Shown here: positions 1 to 9,210 of the stretch, one piece after another | How positions within the stretch are numbered: the stretch's first letter is position 1 | Layout: every line of letters starts with the position of its first letter | Source of the DNA: Candidatus Thorarchaeota archaeon | Lineage (GTDB): Archaea > Asgardarchaeota > Thorarchaeia > Thorarchaeales > Thorarchaeaceae | Direction of reading: 5' to 3' | Length of the DNA stretch: 15,745 bases | Assembly (NCBI GenBank): GCA_016839445.1 | Contig: JAEOUG010000174.1 | Location: forward strand, 1-15,745 | Program-made: the position numbers and the translations under genes | The notes under the pieces: generated by a model | Databases searched by the model: none | What the model was told of the DNA's origin: nothing | Seen by the model: the letters and a program-made list of their open reading frames with translations, nothing else

Positions 1-207
1 AACAGGCTCTATGAGGCGGTCAACATGCTTGATAACTTCGGAGCAGTCCTGCGCTTCCTGGCGAAGAACATCCTACGACTGAAGCCGGGATACTTCAGAA
101 TCCACTCTGACTTCGTCCTAAACGTCAACCATGAAGGTTCTTCGTACAAGGAAACAGGAACTACTCTCCACGAGGTTGTCACGTTCAAGCAGCTGGGCCC
201 GTCTTGA
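1..207 (+). CDS. 3' end of a hypothetical protein (5'-truncated by the window); tail weakly resembles CrtC/AttH-like (lipocalin-like) beta-barrel proteins
   Basis: Frame 1 is open from base 1 (NRLYEAVNMLDNFG...) to TGA at 205-207. The tail KPGYFRIHSDFVLNV...GTTLHEVVTFK has an alternating beta-strand pattern. The family guess is by eye only. Confidence 0.6.
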   Translation, partial: NRLYEAVNMLDNFGAVLRFLAKNILRLKPGYFRIHSDFVLNVNHEGSSYKETGTTLHEVVTFKQLGPS

Positions 208-311
208 ATTCACAAGATAGATATCCTCTCTTGTGTAACGTTCCGACTACCAAGAAGGGCAGACGCTTGCCTTCCTAAGAGGAGAAGCGGAGCCCCTCTG
301 GAGGGAGCCTC

Positions 312-2453
312 TTGAGATACACAAGATTGAGAATTCTGTTGAGCACGCTTCTCCTGTTGTCTATGGTTGCGAGCCCTGTGCTTCCAGCCTTCGCACTACA
401 GGGTGACAGCGCACTTGCTTCCCCTGGAAGCATAGAGAACACGAGAATCGGTGTCCTTGAAGAAGAAAGCGTAGCTTCAGGCCATCCTGATACGAACTAT
501 GACGGAAGCACGACACAAGGCGGCGTCTGGGTTGGTTATGATGGAGGTGGTGCGGCATACGCACGTGCCTGGCTCAAATACGACCTGAGGAGCATTCCCA
601 AGGAAATCGGGATTCTGAGCGTTCACCTGAATCTGTACTGCAATGCTGAGTGGATGACCACGACTGACCTTCCTGTTGGTATCTTCTACTCTGAGGACAA
701 TACCTGGACGGAAACAGCAATCACATGGAATAATCAGCCGTCCTTTGACGCGGCTCCAGCAGATACAATCGACTCACCAGCAAGCCCAGACATGTTCGTT
801 CCATACAGCTGGTATAGCTGGGACGTAACCGCCTCATTCTCAGATGCTCTTGCCAAGGAGAAGATACTGACTCTGGTCTTGAAGCAGATTGACGAGGCAA
901 GTGCTGAAACGACGTGGAAGTACTTCATTGAGAAAGAATACAACCCTGCCCTTGCATCCTATCTCAGTGTTGAGTACCAAACACCAGACACGACTAATCT
1001 CGCTGTGGATGGGAAGACAACCACGCCTGCATTAGAACAGATTCGAGACTCCACTCCAGAGCTCAGCTGGCTCATGACGGACTCTGGAACAGGTGAGTAT
1101 CAGAGGGACTTCCAGCTTGAGGTGAACTCTGATGCAGCTTTCGCAGGCGCCTCACTCTGGGACATCAGCCACACCTATCTGTCCACGATTCACGATTCGG
1201 ATGGTGCCACAAACACGCGGCCATTCGCAACAGATGACGAGATGAGGTTCCAAATGAAGTTTGAGACCGCACTCCTCAGTGAGTCTGGTATGGTTGACAA
1301 GCTTCTTTTCGAGGTCAATGAGGCAAGCGGCACCATGGTGTTCGAGAACTTCACCATTGCCATGGTCAATACTCCCCTTGCGGGAGATCTGACAGCAGAC
1401 TTCCAGGCCAACTACAATGTTTCCAGACCGACAACTGTGCTGAAACGAACAGTTTTCAGCGCCCCGATTGTGGACCACTGGTTCACTGTGGATATCGAGA
1501 ACACATTCTTCCTGAATGCTAGGTACAATCTAATCATCGAACTCTGGTTCACAAACAGCACAGGTACGCTCTCCGTCACCAACCAAACGGGTAGCATAGG
1601 AGGGTCAGTAGCATACAACTACGGTGCGGGAGCTATTGCCTCCACTACGGCACCCTATGTATACCCGCGCGGACACAGCGTCAAGGTTGAGTTCATGTCT
1701 ACAAAGCTCTTCGAGAACGACGATTTTCTAAGCAACTCCTATCCCTTCAATACCAACAATGGCTATCCTGGGATCTTCCAGCTGAAGTACAACAAGTCAA
1801 TGATTGGTGATACCGGCGTAGTTGACAGCATCATATTCCCTGCCACTAGTATGTTGGGAGACGTGGTCTACGAGGGATTTGAGGTCTTTCTTGCAGAGAG
1901 CCCACTCCTTGGAGAGCTATCGCACACCAACTTTGCCCAGAACTACGGAGGTACCACTCCAACCAAGGTACTCGATGAGTCCACATATGTGATTAGGAAC
2001 CTTGACGGGGCAATCGTCATAGATGTTGACAACGTGTTCGAATACACGGGAGAGCATGATCTCCTGATCGAAATCGTTTGGGACAACAAAGTGTCTGGAG
2101 GCATCAGTGTTTACCGCACTCTTGATGCAGGGGGATACAGAGCCTACAACCTGACTGCAATGTCCACCAACGTTGCTGCCAACGACACGAGGACGTACGA
2201 TGCGTTCCTTACGATGGTCCACAGTGAGAATCTCATCGAGTATGCTGGAACTGACTTGGTGAACGGCACAACCTACTACTGGCGCGTGAGAACGTGCGAC
2301 AGCACTGGAATCTGGTCCGACTGGGTCAGTGGGAGCTTCAAGTGGGAGCCGCTCACAGGCGGCATCAACCCGGTTCTCATTCTTGCAGTGGCCGGTGTCG
2401 GACTGGTCGTGGTTGTTATCGTAGTGCTTATGCAGCGCCGCAAGAAAGAGTAG
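312..2453 (+). CDS. Secreted, membrane-anchored surface glycoprotein: signal peptide, DNRLRE/CBM96-like domain, split FN3-like domain with two inserted repeats, C-terminal TM anchor
   Basis: 713-aa ORF with TTG start. Basic plus hydrophobic N-terminus. DNRLRE-like motifs (PDTNY, RAWLKYDL, WTETAITWNNQP, WYSWDVT). FN3-like motifs TPELSW...YQRDFQLEV...LWD and YAGTDL..GTTYYWRVRTCDSTGIWSDW. C-terminal hydrophobic helix followed by RRKKE. Eight N-X-S/T sequons. Confidence 0.9.
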   Translation: MRYTRLRILLSTLLLLSMVASPVLPAFALQGDSALASPGSIENTRIGVLEEESVASGHPDTNYDGSTTQGGVWVGYDGGGAAYARAWLKYDLRSIPKEIGILSVHLNLYCNAEWMTTTDLPVGIFYSEDNTWTETAITWNNQPSFDAAPADTIDSPASPDMFVPYSWYSWDVTASFSDALAKEKILTLVLKQIDEASAETTWKYFIEKEYNPALASYLSVEYQTPDTTNLAVDGKTTTPALEQIRDSTPELSWLMTDSGTGEYQRDFQLEVNSDAAFAGASLWDISHTYLSTIHDSDGATNTRPFATDDEMRFQMKFETALLSESGMVDKLLFEVNEASGTMVFENFTIAMVNTPLAGDLTADFQANYNVSRPTTVLKRTVFSAPIVDHWFTVDIENTFFLNARYNLIIELWFTNSTGTLSVTNQTGSIGGSVAYNYGAGAIASTTAPYVYPRGHSVKVEFMSTKLFENDDFLSNSYPFNTNNGYPGIFQLKYNKSMIGDTGVVDSIIFPATSMLGDVVYEGFEVFLAESPLLGELSHTNFAQNYGGTTPTKVLDESTYVIRNLDGAIVIDVDNVFEYTGEHDLLIEIVWDNKVSGGISVYRTLDAGGYRAYNLTAMSTNVAANDTRTYDAFLTMVHSENLIEYAGTDLVNGTTYYWRVRTCDSTGIWSDWVSGSFKWEPLTGGINPVLILAVAGVGLVVVVIVVLMQRRKKE

Positions 2454-2461
2454 AAATCTCA

Positions 2462-2503
2462 TGGCCTGCTGGGATTCCGGCAGGCCACTTGCTTTCTTTT
2501 TCT
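2462..2503 (+). terminator. Hairpin plus T-tract terminator-like element after the surface-protein gene
   Basis: TGGCCTGC-TGG-GATT-CCG-GCAGGCCA stem at 2462-2487, 8 nt after the stop, followed by TTTCTTTTTCT. Confidence 0.65.
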
Positions 2504-2642
2504 GAAACCCGAGTCGTGAAGCTGGCTCAACTCTGTATGGAAGCGAGACAAACGATGCAGGGTCACGTATCTCCATTCTGCCACCAATGAACAGACCTCA
2601 CTCCACGTATACAGGGCATTGCGGTTCACATCACTCGATGGT

Positions 2643-3131
2643 TCAGGACAGCCGGGACTCCTCTAACGCGCTCCTCATCTTCTCAATGAAGCCTGTGAAC
2701 TCACCTTCCTGATAGGCAGGTGGATCCACAAGACGCGGATTGATTGGGCCATCTCTGAACCGATCGCCATCAAGATACCTCGGGAAGAGGTGAATGTGAA
2801 GATGCGGAACGGTGTTGCCATGGATTTCGATGTTGATCTTCGCTGCGCCAGTAACTTCTTTCAAAGCCCTCGTGACTCTCATGAGGTAGGTGACGATAAT
2901 CGAAGCTTCCTGCTCGGTCAGATCGAAGAGCTCCACCGCATGTTTCTTTGGCAGAATGTAACAGGTGCCCTTGAGCGCCACCCTCGGATGAGCTTCAAGC
3001 CAGCAGTTCTGGGTCTCGTCGATTGTCACCAGATCTTTTGGGGGAGTGTATTCCAGGCAGACAGGGCAGTGCTCTGTCTTGCACATGCCTTTCCACTTCT
3101 TATGGTCTGTCCACAAGAGGCTCATGGACAC
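2643..3131 (-). CDS. HIT (histidine triad) family nucleotide hydrolase
   Basis: Histidine triad PHLHIHLFPRY preceded by GNTV; N-terminal CPVC; LPKKHAVELFDL motif. The start could instead be the ATG at 3125. Confidence 0.92.
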   Translation of the reverse strand: MSMSLLWTDHKKWKGMCKTEHCPVCLEYTPPKDLVTIDETQNCWLEAHPRVALKGTCYILPKKHAVELFDLTEQEASIIVTYLMRVTRALKEVTGAAKINIEIHGNTVPHLHIHLFPRYLDGDRFRDGPINPRLVDPPAYQEGEFTGFIEKMRSALEESRLS

Positions 3132-3283
3132 ACGAAGCAGCCTTCCGTTTTGAGCCTTTCAGTGGAGTAATAGAGCCACACCTTGTGGTCTCGTGCACGA
3201 GGATGTTGCTAGAGATGAACATAGATTCTTATTGAAGATAGGACAGTCCAAAGCTCACTGACTGCTGACCAGTCAGACAGCGC

Positions 3284-3742
3284 GTGGAGGAGATTACAGT
3301 CACAGAGAAGACCCTCAAGATAGGTACGACTCTAATGTTCTGCATGGGTTTCTTCGCCCTTGTAGTGTCCATACTCTGGATCTTTGTCACTGAGATCATG
3401 TTTGTGAGCGACTTCCTGTTCTATACAGGTGAGGAGTTCTCAGACTACCTGGCTGCGAGCCCTGCGTATGGAGAGATATACATAATCACGAAGAAGCTGA
3501 TTGGATTCGTGATGCTCATAGCCTCTCTTCAATTCCTGTTCATCACCAAGAAGGGGTATGAACCGGGTGAGAAGTGGGCCTGGTGGGCGTTGCTGCTTAC
3601 TGGCGGCATGTTCTGGGGCCTGTTTCTAGGGTACAGGGTCTACATAGGCTATGTTGCGATAAGCATGATGACTTTCTTGGTAGGTCTAGTCATCTGGTTA
3701 GTCGCACTTCTCATCCCAATCAAGGACTTCTTTGGCAAATAG
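3284..3742 (+). CDS. Hypothetical integral membrane protein (about 4 TM helices)
   Basis: 152-aa ORF with GTG start and four hydrophobic segments; GEKWAWW motif between helices 2 and 3. Confidence 0.8.
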   Translation: MEEITVTEKTLKIGTTLMFCMGFFALVVSILWIFVTEIMFVSDFLFYTGEEFSDYLAASPAYGEIYIITKKLIGFVMLIASLQFLFITKKGYEPGEKWAWWALLLTGGMFWGLFLGYRVYIGYVAISMMTFLVGLVIWLVALLIPIKDFFGK

Positions 3743-3883
3743 ACAAGCATCAGACGAGGCACCCTAGTGAGCAGTGGGTTACAGCAGGTCAGGCAAAGCG
3801 AACCTGTGGTTTCTTCCACTGCTCTTCGGGTTTTTCTCAGGCAATCAAGGCCAATCAGTAGCTGTGAGCAAGGGCGCACTCCT

Positions 3884-3955
3884 TCAGGCTTTGGCCACAA
3901 GTCCAGCTATCTTGTCTATGGCAATGAGGCTCACATGTGATTCATGCGGAAACAT
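3884..3955 (-). pseudogene. Remnant 3' end of a paralog or duplicate of the 5175-5801 hypothetical gene
   Basis: 3901-3927 matches 5192-5218 at 25/27 nt. The minus strand reads MFPHESHVSLIAIDKIAGLVAKA*, versus LLPREAVTAIDKIARQIDKS* in the intact gene. An in-frame stop lies just upstream. Confidence 0.5.
3905..3923. repeat. 19-bp exact direct repeat AGCTATCTTGTCTATGGCA (second copy at 5196-5214)
   Basis: Direct comparison of the two segments. Confidence 0.9.
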
Positions 3956-4064
3956 GTTTTGAGCCTTTCACTCTGATGATGAACCGCATCAACAGACCGG
4001 AATAGCTGCGAAGGTGTTCATTCTGGCGAGGGAGCCACGTCTGAACGCCAATCCAGTGTAGGGC

Positions 4065-4835
4065 CTACCTGATTCTTCTGACAACAGCACGTGAGAAAGT
4101 GATGTGTCTGCCTTGATCGTCTTCAGCTATCTTCTGGGGATATCCGATGACTCTTTCCCAATCAAGATAGGTCTGATAGCCCTCTCTTCCGGGAAAATCG
4201 TCTGCCAGCTCGACCTCCACTAGCTGTGTCTTCAACCAGTGTTTTCGCCACCATTCTGCAGAGTGCCATGTGTACAGCATACATGACTCCCAGTACTGCT
4301 TGAGGTGGTCTGGGAGTGCCTCAGGAAGGTCGCCGCTGAATTCCTCGTAGAAACCTGGTGTAACGCTCCCTATCTGGCATCCAACCCTTACACGAGGGAT
4401 TAGATGATGTCGAAGGTAGACGTCGTCAGTTGCGAAGAAGAAGAGCGAGTTGACACATACGATTGCATCAAAGAAGTCACGGGGAAAGGGCAGTTCCCGA
4501 GCGTCTGACCTGAGAGGGAAGACGCTATCCTCAAGCCCCATATCTTGGATGCGCGCCCAGTTCTCGCTCTGACTGACTCCAAGATCAACAGCCCACACTT
4601 GGACTCCGAACTCCTTTGCCATGAAGATCGACCCTCCAGCCTTGCCACACCCCAAATCCAGAACACGCATTCCTGACGCCAAGTCCATCTCCTCGCACAG
4701 CCGCTCTAGCAGCCAGAGCGTGGGACATCCAAGATCCAGAGATATGGCCCAATCGGGGTCATAGGTGGCCGTACGCGGATAGCTATTGTTCTTCAGGAGC
4801 TTGCGCCCTAGCTCAAGATTGACCTCGTTCGACAT
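4065..4835 (-). CDS. Class I SAM-dependent methyltransferase
   Basis: Motif I MRVLDLGCGKAG, post-I VWAVDL, motif II DARELPF..DFFDAIVC. Substrate unknown. Confidence 0.92.
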   Translation of the reverse strand: MSNEVNLELGRKLLKNNSYPRTATYDPDWAISLDLGCPTLWLLERLCEEMDLASGMRVLDLGCGKAGGSIFMAKEFGVQVWAVDLGVSQSENWARIQDMGLEDSVFPLRSDARELPFPRDFFDAIVCVNSLFFFATDDVYLRHHLIPRVRVGCQIGSVTPGFYEEFSGDLPEALPDHLKQYWESCMLYTWHSAEWWRKHWLKTQLVEVELADDFPGREGYQTYLDWERVIGYPQKIAEDDQGRHITFSRAVVRRIR

Positions 4836-5174
4836 CTGAGAACCTTCCTTCTGATTTCGCCACGTGTAGGTATCTGGCGGTTATAGGCAACAAGGACAGC
4901 GCAAGATTCCTGCACATTAGCCACTTGGATCTATGATTGGCAGGGACTTGCCTTGACCAGACCCCAATTCTCTTGTGATTGCGGCGAGGAGCGTACAGAA
5001 ACCTACTTCATGTCAGCTTAGTAGCCACTCTTGCCATGCTTGGGACTCATCTCTAGGGGTTGCCATATCTGCCACTGCCCTTCACGTTCTTCTCAGGGAA
5101 TTGATGTTCGACTTGCCAGTTCTGGCCGCACGCATGGATAGCAGACATGCCAGAGTGAACAAGATCTCACGCTC

Positions 5175-5801
5175 TCACGATTTGTCAATCTGTCGAGCTA
5201 TCTTGTCTATGGCAGTGACTGCCTCCCTGGGAAGCAGTCTTCGGTCGAACTTGAACCCGTACACCAGGCCATGCTTTACCTCAGATGGCCGCGAGAACAC
5301 AATCCTAACTATCTTGTTCTTCTTGTCAGGCTCGATCTTCATGCTATCCTGAGGCTCCATGAACCGCAATATGGATGCGGTTAGCTCAGAATCTGAGTTC
5401 AGCCGGTCTGCAAGCTTCCCGCCCTCCCAGGATACGGAAGTGATCTGCTTGTCGACCAATCCCTTCGTCTTCTTGGTGAGCTGCGCCTTGGTGCCCTTCT
5501 CGTCAACTGAGCTGACCCGGACAATGTGATGGTACTCGAAAGGTATCTTCTTACTCGATGCAATCTCCACGCCACGGTAGGTACCCATGCTGTACGAACC
5601 AGATGTCGTGCCCTTCATCCGTATCGTCACAAGGTCGAAGTTGCGCCCAGCCACCTTGATGTAGCCCATGTCCTGTTTCACGTGTCCCTTCTCAACAGCC
5701 TCTGTGCTCTTTTCTGGAAGCAGAGTGGCCTTGATGCCGAGTTCTTGATAGTACTTGCAGAGGGCGTCTATGCCCACAAACTTCTGTGTAACCCCAACCA
5801 T
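5175..5801 (-). CDS. Hypothetical soluble protein (about 208 aa)
   Basis: Lys-rich alpha/beta-looking ORF. The ATG at 5801 is preferred over 5828 because a minus-strand TTTATT box at 5842-5847 would put the transcription start near 5820. Confidence 0.75.
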   Translation of the reverse strand: MVGVTQKFVGIDALCKYYQELGIKATLLPEKSTEAVEKGHVKQDMGYIKVAGRNFDLVTIRMKGTTSGSYSMGTYRGVEIASSKKIPFEYHHIVRVSSVDEKGTKAQLTKKTKGLVDKQITSVSWEGGKLADRLNSDSELTASILRFMEPQDSMKIEPDKKNKIVRIVFSRPSEVKHGLVYGFKFDRRLLPREAVTAIDKIARQIDKS

Positions 5802-6007
5802 AGGAATCCTATTCTCACGCACATCCATCTATGCAATAATGAATAAAGCTGCGTATGTGTACGAGAGCCTCAGGAAGGCCATAGAGTGTGCTAGCAGGCT
5901 TTCTCTGTTTCATCCTTTGCAGGCACCGTCAGATATCGAGCCAGCAATGGTTGGCCCCACAGCAAACAATATACGTTGGAGGGTATGCCGAGGTGGCAGG
6001 GGTAAGC

Positions 6008-7207
6008 ATGAAGCTAGACATCACTCCACGCGCAGCCAACCTCAAGTATGCTATACGCGACATTGTTGTTGCAGCCAGGAAGTACCAGAAGAGAACGGGC
6101 GAGAAAGCCCTGTATCTCAACATTGGCGACCCAATTGCGTACGACTGGAAGACTCCTCAGTACATGGTGGATGCCATGTGCAAGGCCGCCCAAGATGGGT
6201 GGCACGGCTACTCGCCTTCTGAGGGCGAGGAGCAGCTACGAGTTGCCGCCGCCGAGAAGGAGAAGCGAGTCAATGGGATCGATGTCGACCCTGAGAGAAT
6301 GATTGTGACCGCAGGAGTCTCCGAGGCGATACAATTTCTTGCGGGAGCGTTGGTTGATGCGGGTTCCGAATTCCTGTTGCCGGGCCCGAGCTATCCGCCG
6401 TACATCTCGTACGTGAAATTCTTCGGCGGGAGGCCTGTTGCGTATCGAACGGATGAGGAGGACGACTGGAATCCGGACACCGATGATCTCAGGAGCAAGA
6501 TAACAGACAAGACTGTGGCAATCCTTGTCATCAACCCCAACAACCCCACTGGTTCAGTCTACAATGAGAAGACGCTCAAAGAGATAGTGAACATCGCGGG
6601 CGAGTATGGTCTGCCCCTAATATCAGACGAGATATACGACCAGCTCACCTATGACGAGAAGCAGATATCGATGGCCAAGATCTCCGGAGATGTACCTGTC
6701 GTAGGCTTCAATGGTGTGAGCAAGGTGTATCTAGCCCCCGGCTGGAGGGTGGGCTATGCCTACTTCCATGACACTAACGGAGAACTCGAACCCCTCCATG
6801 ACGCCATGATCAGACAGGCAAGAGTGAGAATCTGCCTGAATGCCACCGCCCAGATTGCCTCAGCTACCGCTCTGCGAGGGGACTGCGACTACCTCGGAGA
6901 GACAATGCGAAAGATGAGAGAGCGTCGAGACCTGATCTACAAGCGGCTGAACGAAGTTGACTCAGTTTCAACCAAGCTTCCAGAGGCAGCCTTCTATATC
7001 ATGCCGAAGATAGAGCTTGGAGGCAGGTGGAAAGACGATACAGAGTACGTTCTCGACGTTCTGAACAACACGGGCGTTGTGTTTGTGCCGGGCTCTGGCT
7101 TCGGCGTCGAATATGGATCAGGGCACTTCCGAAGTGTCTTCCTTCCCCCGCCAGACATGATCACAGAGGCAATGGACAGACTGGAGCAGTTCATGGCAAA
7201 GAAGTGA
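6008..7207 (+). CDS. PLP-dependent class I/II aminotransferase, alanine aminotransferase (AlaA/AlaAT)-like
   Basis: YAIRD and LNIGDP N-terminal motifs typical of AlaA-type enzymes; NPNNPTG, SDEIYD, and the PLP lysine motif GVSKVYLAPGWRVG. The ATG at 6008 gives 399 aa; the 40 upstream codons look non-coding. Confidence 0.93.
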   Translation: MKLDITPRAANLKYAIRDIVVAARKYQKRTGEKALYLNIGDPIAYDWKTPQYMVDAMCKAAQDGWHGYSPSEGEEQLRVAAAEKEKRVNGIDVDPERMIVTAGVSEAIQFLAGALVDAGSEFLLPGPSYPPYISYVKFFGGRPVAYRTDEEDDWNPDTDDLRSKITDKTVAILVINPNNPTGSVYNEKTLKEIVNIAGEYGLPLISDEIYDQLTYDEKQISMAKISGDVPVVGFNGVSKVYLAPGWRVGYAYFHDTNGELEPLHDAMIRQARVRICLNATAQIASATALRGDCDYLGETMRKMRERRDLIYKRLNEVDSVSTKLPEAAFYIMPKIELGGRWKDDTEYVLDVLNNTGVVFVPGSGFGVEYGSGHFRSVFLPPPDMITEAMDRLEQFMAKK

Positions 7208-8705
7208 CGAACTCCCGCTTCTCCCTCTTACACAGTATCTGAATCACGTTTCTGCCTGTGTAGACGCAGCCAGGCACTCCGCCACCCGGGAGGACCCATT
7301 GGCCTGCCATGAAGAAGTTATCTAGACCAGGCAGCGTTCTTGGAATCTGCGTCATCAGGGAGTCCCTGCTGAGCATCCATCCCATTGGAGACCCTTGGTC
7401 GTTGAGTGTGTATCGCCAAGTGGTGTAGGGTGTAGCCACGTCGACAACTTCCACTTGCGTCGATACACCGGGGAATACGTCCTCAAGCCGCTCGATGAAT
7501 TCCTGTGCTAGACGGTCTTTCTCTTCGTTGTACGCATTAGCGTCCTTATCTCTCAAGAGCTTCCAGTAGTCCCACTCGGTCTCAAGCATTATCTGGATGA
7601 CAGCCTTGCCCGGCGGAGAGAAATCCTCACTCCAATTGAATATCCGAAGGGGAAGACTCGTGATGTCCCTGTTTCCTACATGGACTGCTTCCTTCATCAT
7701 GTGGATAGAGAGAGGAGGCATGTCATCAAACGTCCGGTTGACTCCCAGGCTAATCATGATAGTCGGATCGTATCTTCTCCAGTTCTCATATCTCGCAAGG
7801 GTCTTCTCATCGACATATCTGCCTTCGAGGAGCTTGAATATCGTGGAATACCCATCAGCGGCGGACACAACGAAGTCAGCCCGATGCTCTGACCCGTCGG
7901 CCAGTTCTACGCCCACGGCTCGATTCTCTTCGACGATAACCCTCTTGACCTCCGACCGATACTTGATTCGACCTCCTAAGGACTCGTATCGCGCGACAAT
8001 CGGGTCAATGAAGTCAGGACACCCACCCTTCAGAAGACCTAGAAAGCCACCGGCGACACAGGCAAGAATCATGATGACAAACCAGACTGGTCCGTCAGGT
8101 CCGAACAGACTCTCAATGGCCATCTTCAGGAACGGATTCTTCAGATGCTTCGCGTACCCACGAGCCGACTTGGAATACTTGCCCATGAAGTACTTCATGA
8201 AGCTCCGCATCTGCCACATTTCCTTCAGTGAATCCAGACGACCCCTCAGCTCAGGAGGTAGTGCACTCATGCCAAGATCGGTTAGCAGTGGAGAGTCCCT
8301 CATCCAGCGTATCTCTTTCATGAGGTCTCTAATCTCATCCTCGTCTTCTGGGGCGATGGTCAGAAGGTCAGCCTCCACCTTGTCGAGGTCAGAAGTGAAG
8401 TCAATCGACTGAGTTCCAGTCGCGTCAACGAAACGTAGGTACGTCGTCATGTCAACCGAGGTCTCAGGGTCGCCTGTGCCAATCTCTTGGTAGACATCGT
8501 GAATTGGGTTTCCTGGCTGGTGACCGATTAGGAAATGAATCCCTCCGTCTATCAGGTAGTCCTTCCGTCTCCACCATGCAGCCAGACCACCTGGCTTGGT
8601 GTGGTGCTCGAAGATTACGCTCTCGAAGCCGTTCATCTGAGCATAGCAGCCTGTCGAAAGGCCGGCGATTCCGGCACCAATGATGATGATTGACCTCTTG
8701 CCCAT
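7191..8705 (-). CDS. Phytoene desaturase-like (COG1233) FAD-dependent oxidoreductase
   Basis: Rossmann motif IIIIGAGIAGL...FEHHTKPGG directly after the ATG at 8705; DGGIH; ATPYT..RYT.N..GS..G; LPGLDNFFMAGQW..PGGGVP. Overlaps the convergent aminotransferase by 17 nt. Confidence 0.92.
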   Translation of the reverse strand: MGKRSIIIIGAGIAGLSTGCYAQMNGFESVIFEHHTKPGGLAAWWRRKDYLIDGGIHFLIGHQPGNPIHDVYQEIGTGDPETSVDMTTYLRFVDATGTQSIDFTSDLDKVEADLLTIAPEDEDEIRDLMKEIRWMRDSPLLTDLGMSALPPELRGRLDSLKEMWQMRSFMKYFMGKYSKSARGYAKHLKNPFLKMAIESLFGPDGPVWFVIMILACVAGGFLGLLKGGCPDFIDPIVARYESLGGRIKYRSEVKRVIVEENRAVGVELADGSEHRADFVVSAADGYSTIFKLLEGRYVDEKTLARYENWRRYDPTIMISLGVNRTFDDMPPLSIHMMKEAVHVGNRDITSLPLRIFNWSEDFSPPGKAVIQIMLETEWDYWKLLRDKDANAYNEEKDRLAQEFIERLEDVFPGVSTQVEVVDVATPYTTWRYTLNDQGSPMGWMLSRDSLMTQIPRTLPGLDNFFMAGQWVLPGGGVPGCVYTGRNVIQILCKREKREFVTSLP

Positions 8706-8710
8706 TTCTC

Positions 8711-9196
8711 TCACTCTTCCCCAACATTTGATTCTAGCATTCGGGACAGAAGCCCGTCCCACAGCTTGGCCATACGCATCTCCTCTCCAATGGCTCTTGC
8801 AAGGTCCTTGTCGCTCTTCTTGTTCTTTTTCGAAATCTCCTCAAGACGCTCTACGAAGCGCCTGCTCATGAATGACATTTGCTGTAGCATCGAGAGGGCC
8901 GCATTGGCTGAGTCCACCAGCCTATACTTGTAGCCTGTCTTACGTGACCCGGTTCGACTCACGATGCCATAGGTCTTGAGGAGCTTCAGGGCTCTGTTTA
9001 CAGAGGGCACCGATGTCGCGTACTTCGGGTCATCCAGGACTTGAGAGAGCCGATCTGAGATGCCTTGCTGCGTCCACTCATCTGGCTCGAGAAGAAGAAG
9101 TGCCTCCACCCACCCGCAATACGCAGGATACCCAAACTGCACATACGCATCTCCTATCGTGAGGATGAACTCCCTTCGCAGGTCAGTGGACGCCAA
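8711..9196 (-). CDS. GbsR/MarR-type winged-helix transcriptional regulator
   Basis: FGYPAYCGWVEALLLL...WTQQGIS...SVPSVNRALKLLKTYGIVSR.GSRK..Y follows the GbsR pattern (G-x-P...G....LL, S...VS..L..L...G.V, wing G.RK..Y); helical C-terminus. TTG start; ends 5 nt before the oxidoreductase start, so probably co-transcribed. Confidence 0.82.
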   Translation of the reverse strand: MASTDLRREFILTIGDAYVQFGYPAYCGWVEALLLLEPDEWTQQGISDRLSQVLDDPKYATSVPSVNRALKLLKTYGIVSRTGSRKTGYKYRLVDSANAALSMLQQMSFMSRRFVERLEEISKKNKKSDKDLARAIGEEMRMAKLWDGLLSRMLESNVGEE

Positions 9197-9210
9197 GACA
9201 CAGCCTCAGT

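Noticed and set aside
211-310. Short inverted repeats upstream of the surface-protein gene (CACAAGA/TCTTGTG, CCCTC/GAGGG)
   Set aside because: Stems are only 5-7 bp, with no U-tract or recognisable riboswitch consensus.
1917-2576. 219-aa minus-strand ORF and other short ORFs inside the surface-protein gene
   Set aside because: Antisense or alternate-frame shadows of a well-supported CDS.
3190-3201. Perfect 12-bp palindrome CTCGTGCACGAG in a divergent intergenic region
   Set aside because: About four such palindromes are expected by chance in 15.7 kb; single copy and no adjacent regulator.
4640-4742. LDLGC occurs twice in the methyltransferase
   Set aside because: The first copy (LDLGCPTLW) lacks the GxG continuation and flanking similarity, so it is probably coincidental rather than a domain duplication.
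3905-5214. Methyltransferase region as a mobile element bounded by 19-bp direct repeats
   Set aside because: No transposase, integrase, terminal inverted repeats or tRNA target; the repeat is better explained as paralogous coding sequence.
5888-6007. 40-codon N-terminal extension of the aminotransferase
   Set aside because: Family similarity starts at the ATG at 6008, and the extension spans the probable promoter region.
7597-8412. 271-aa plus-strand ORF
   Set aside because: It is the antisense shadow of the motif-rich desaturase-like gene; Ser/Arg-rich with no motifs.
8706-8762. 19-codon N-terminal extension of the desaturase-like ORF
   Set aside because: It overlaps the regulator gene, and the Rossmann motif begins right after the ATG at 8705.
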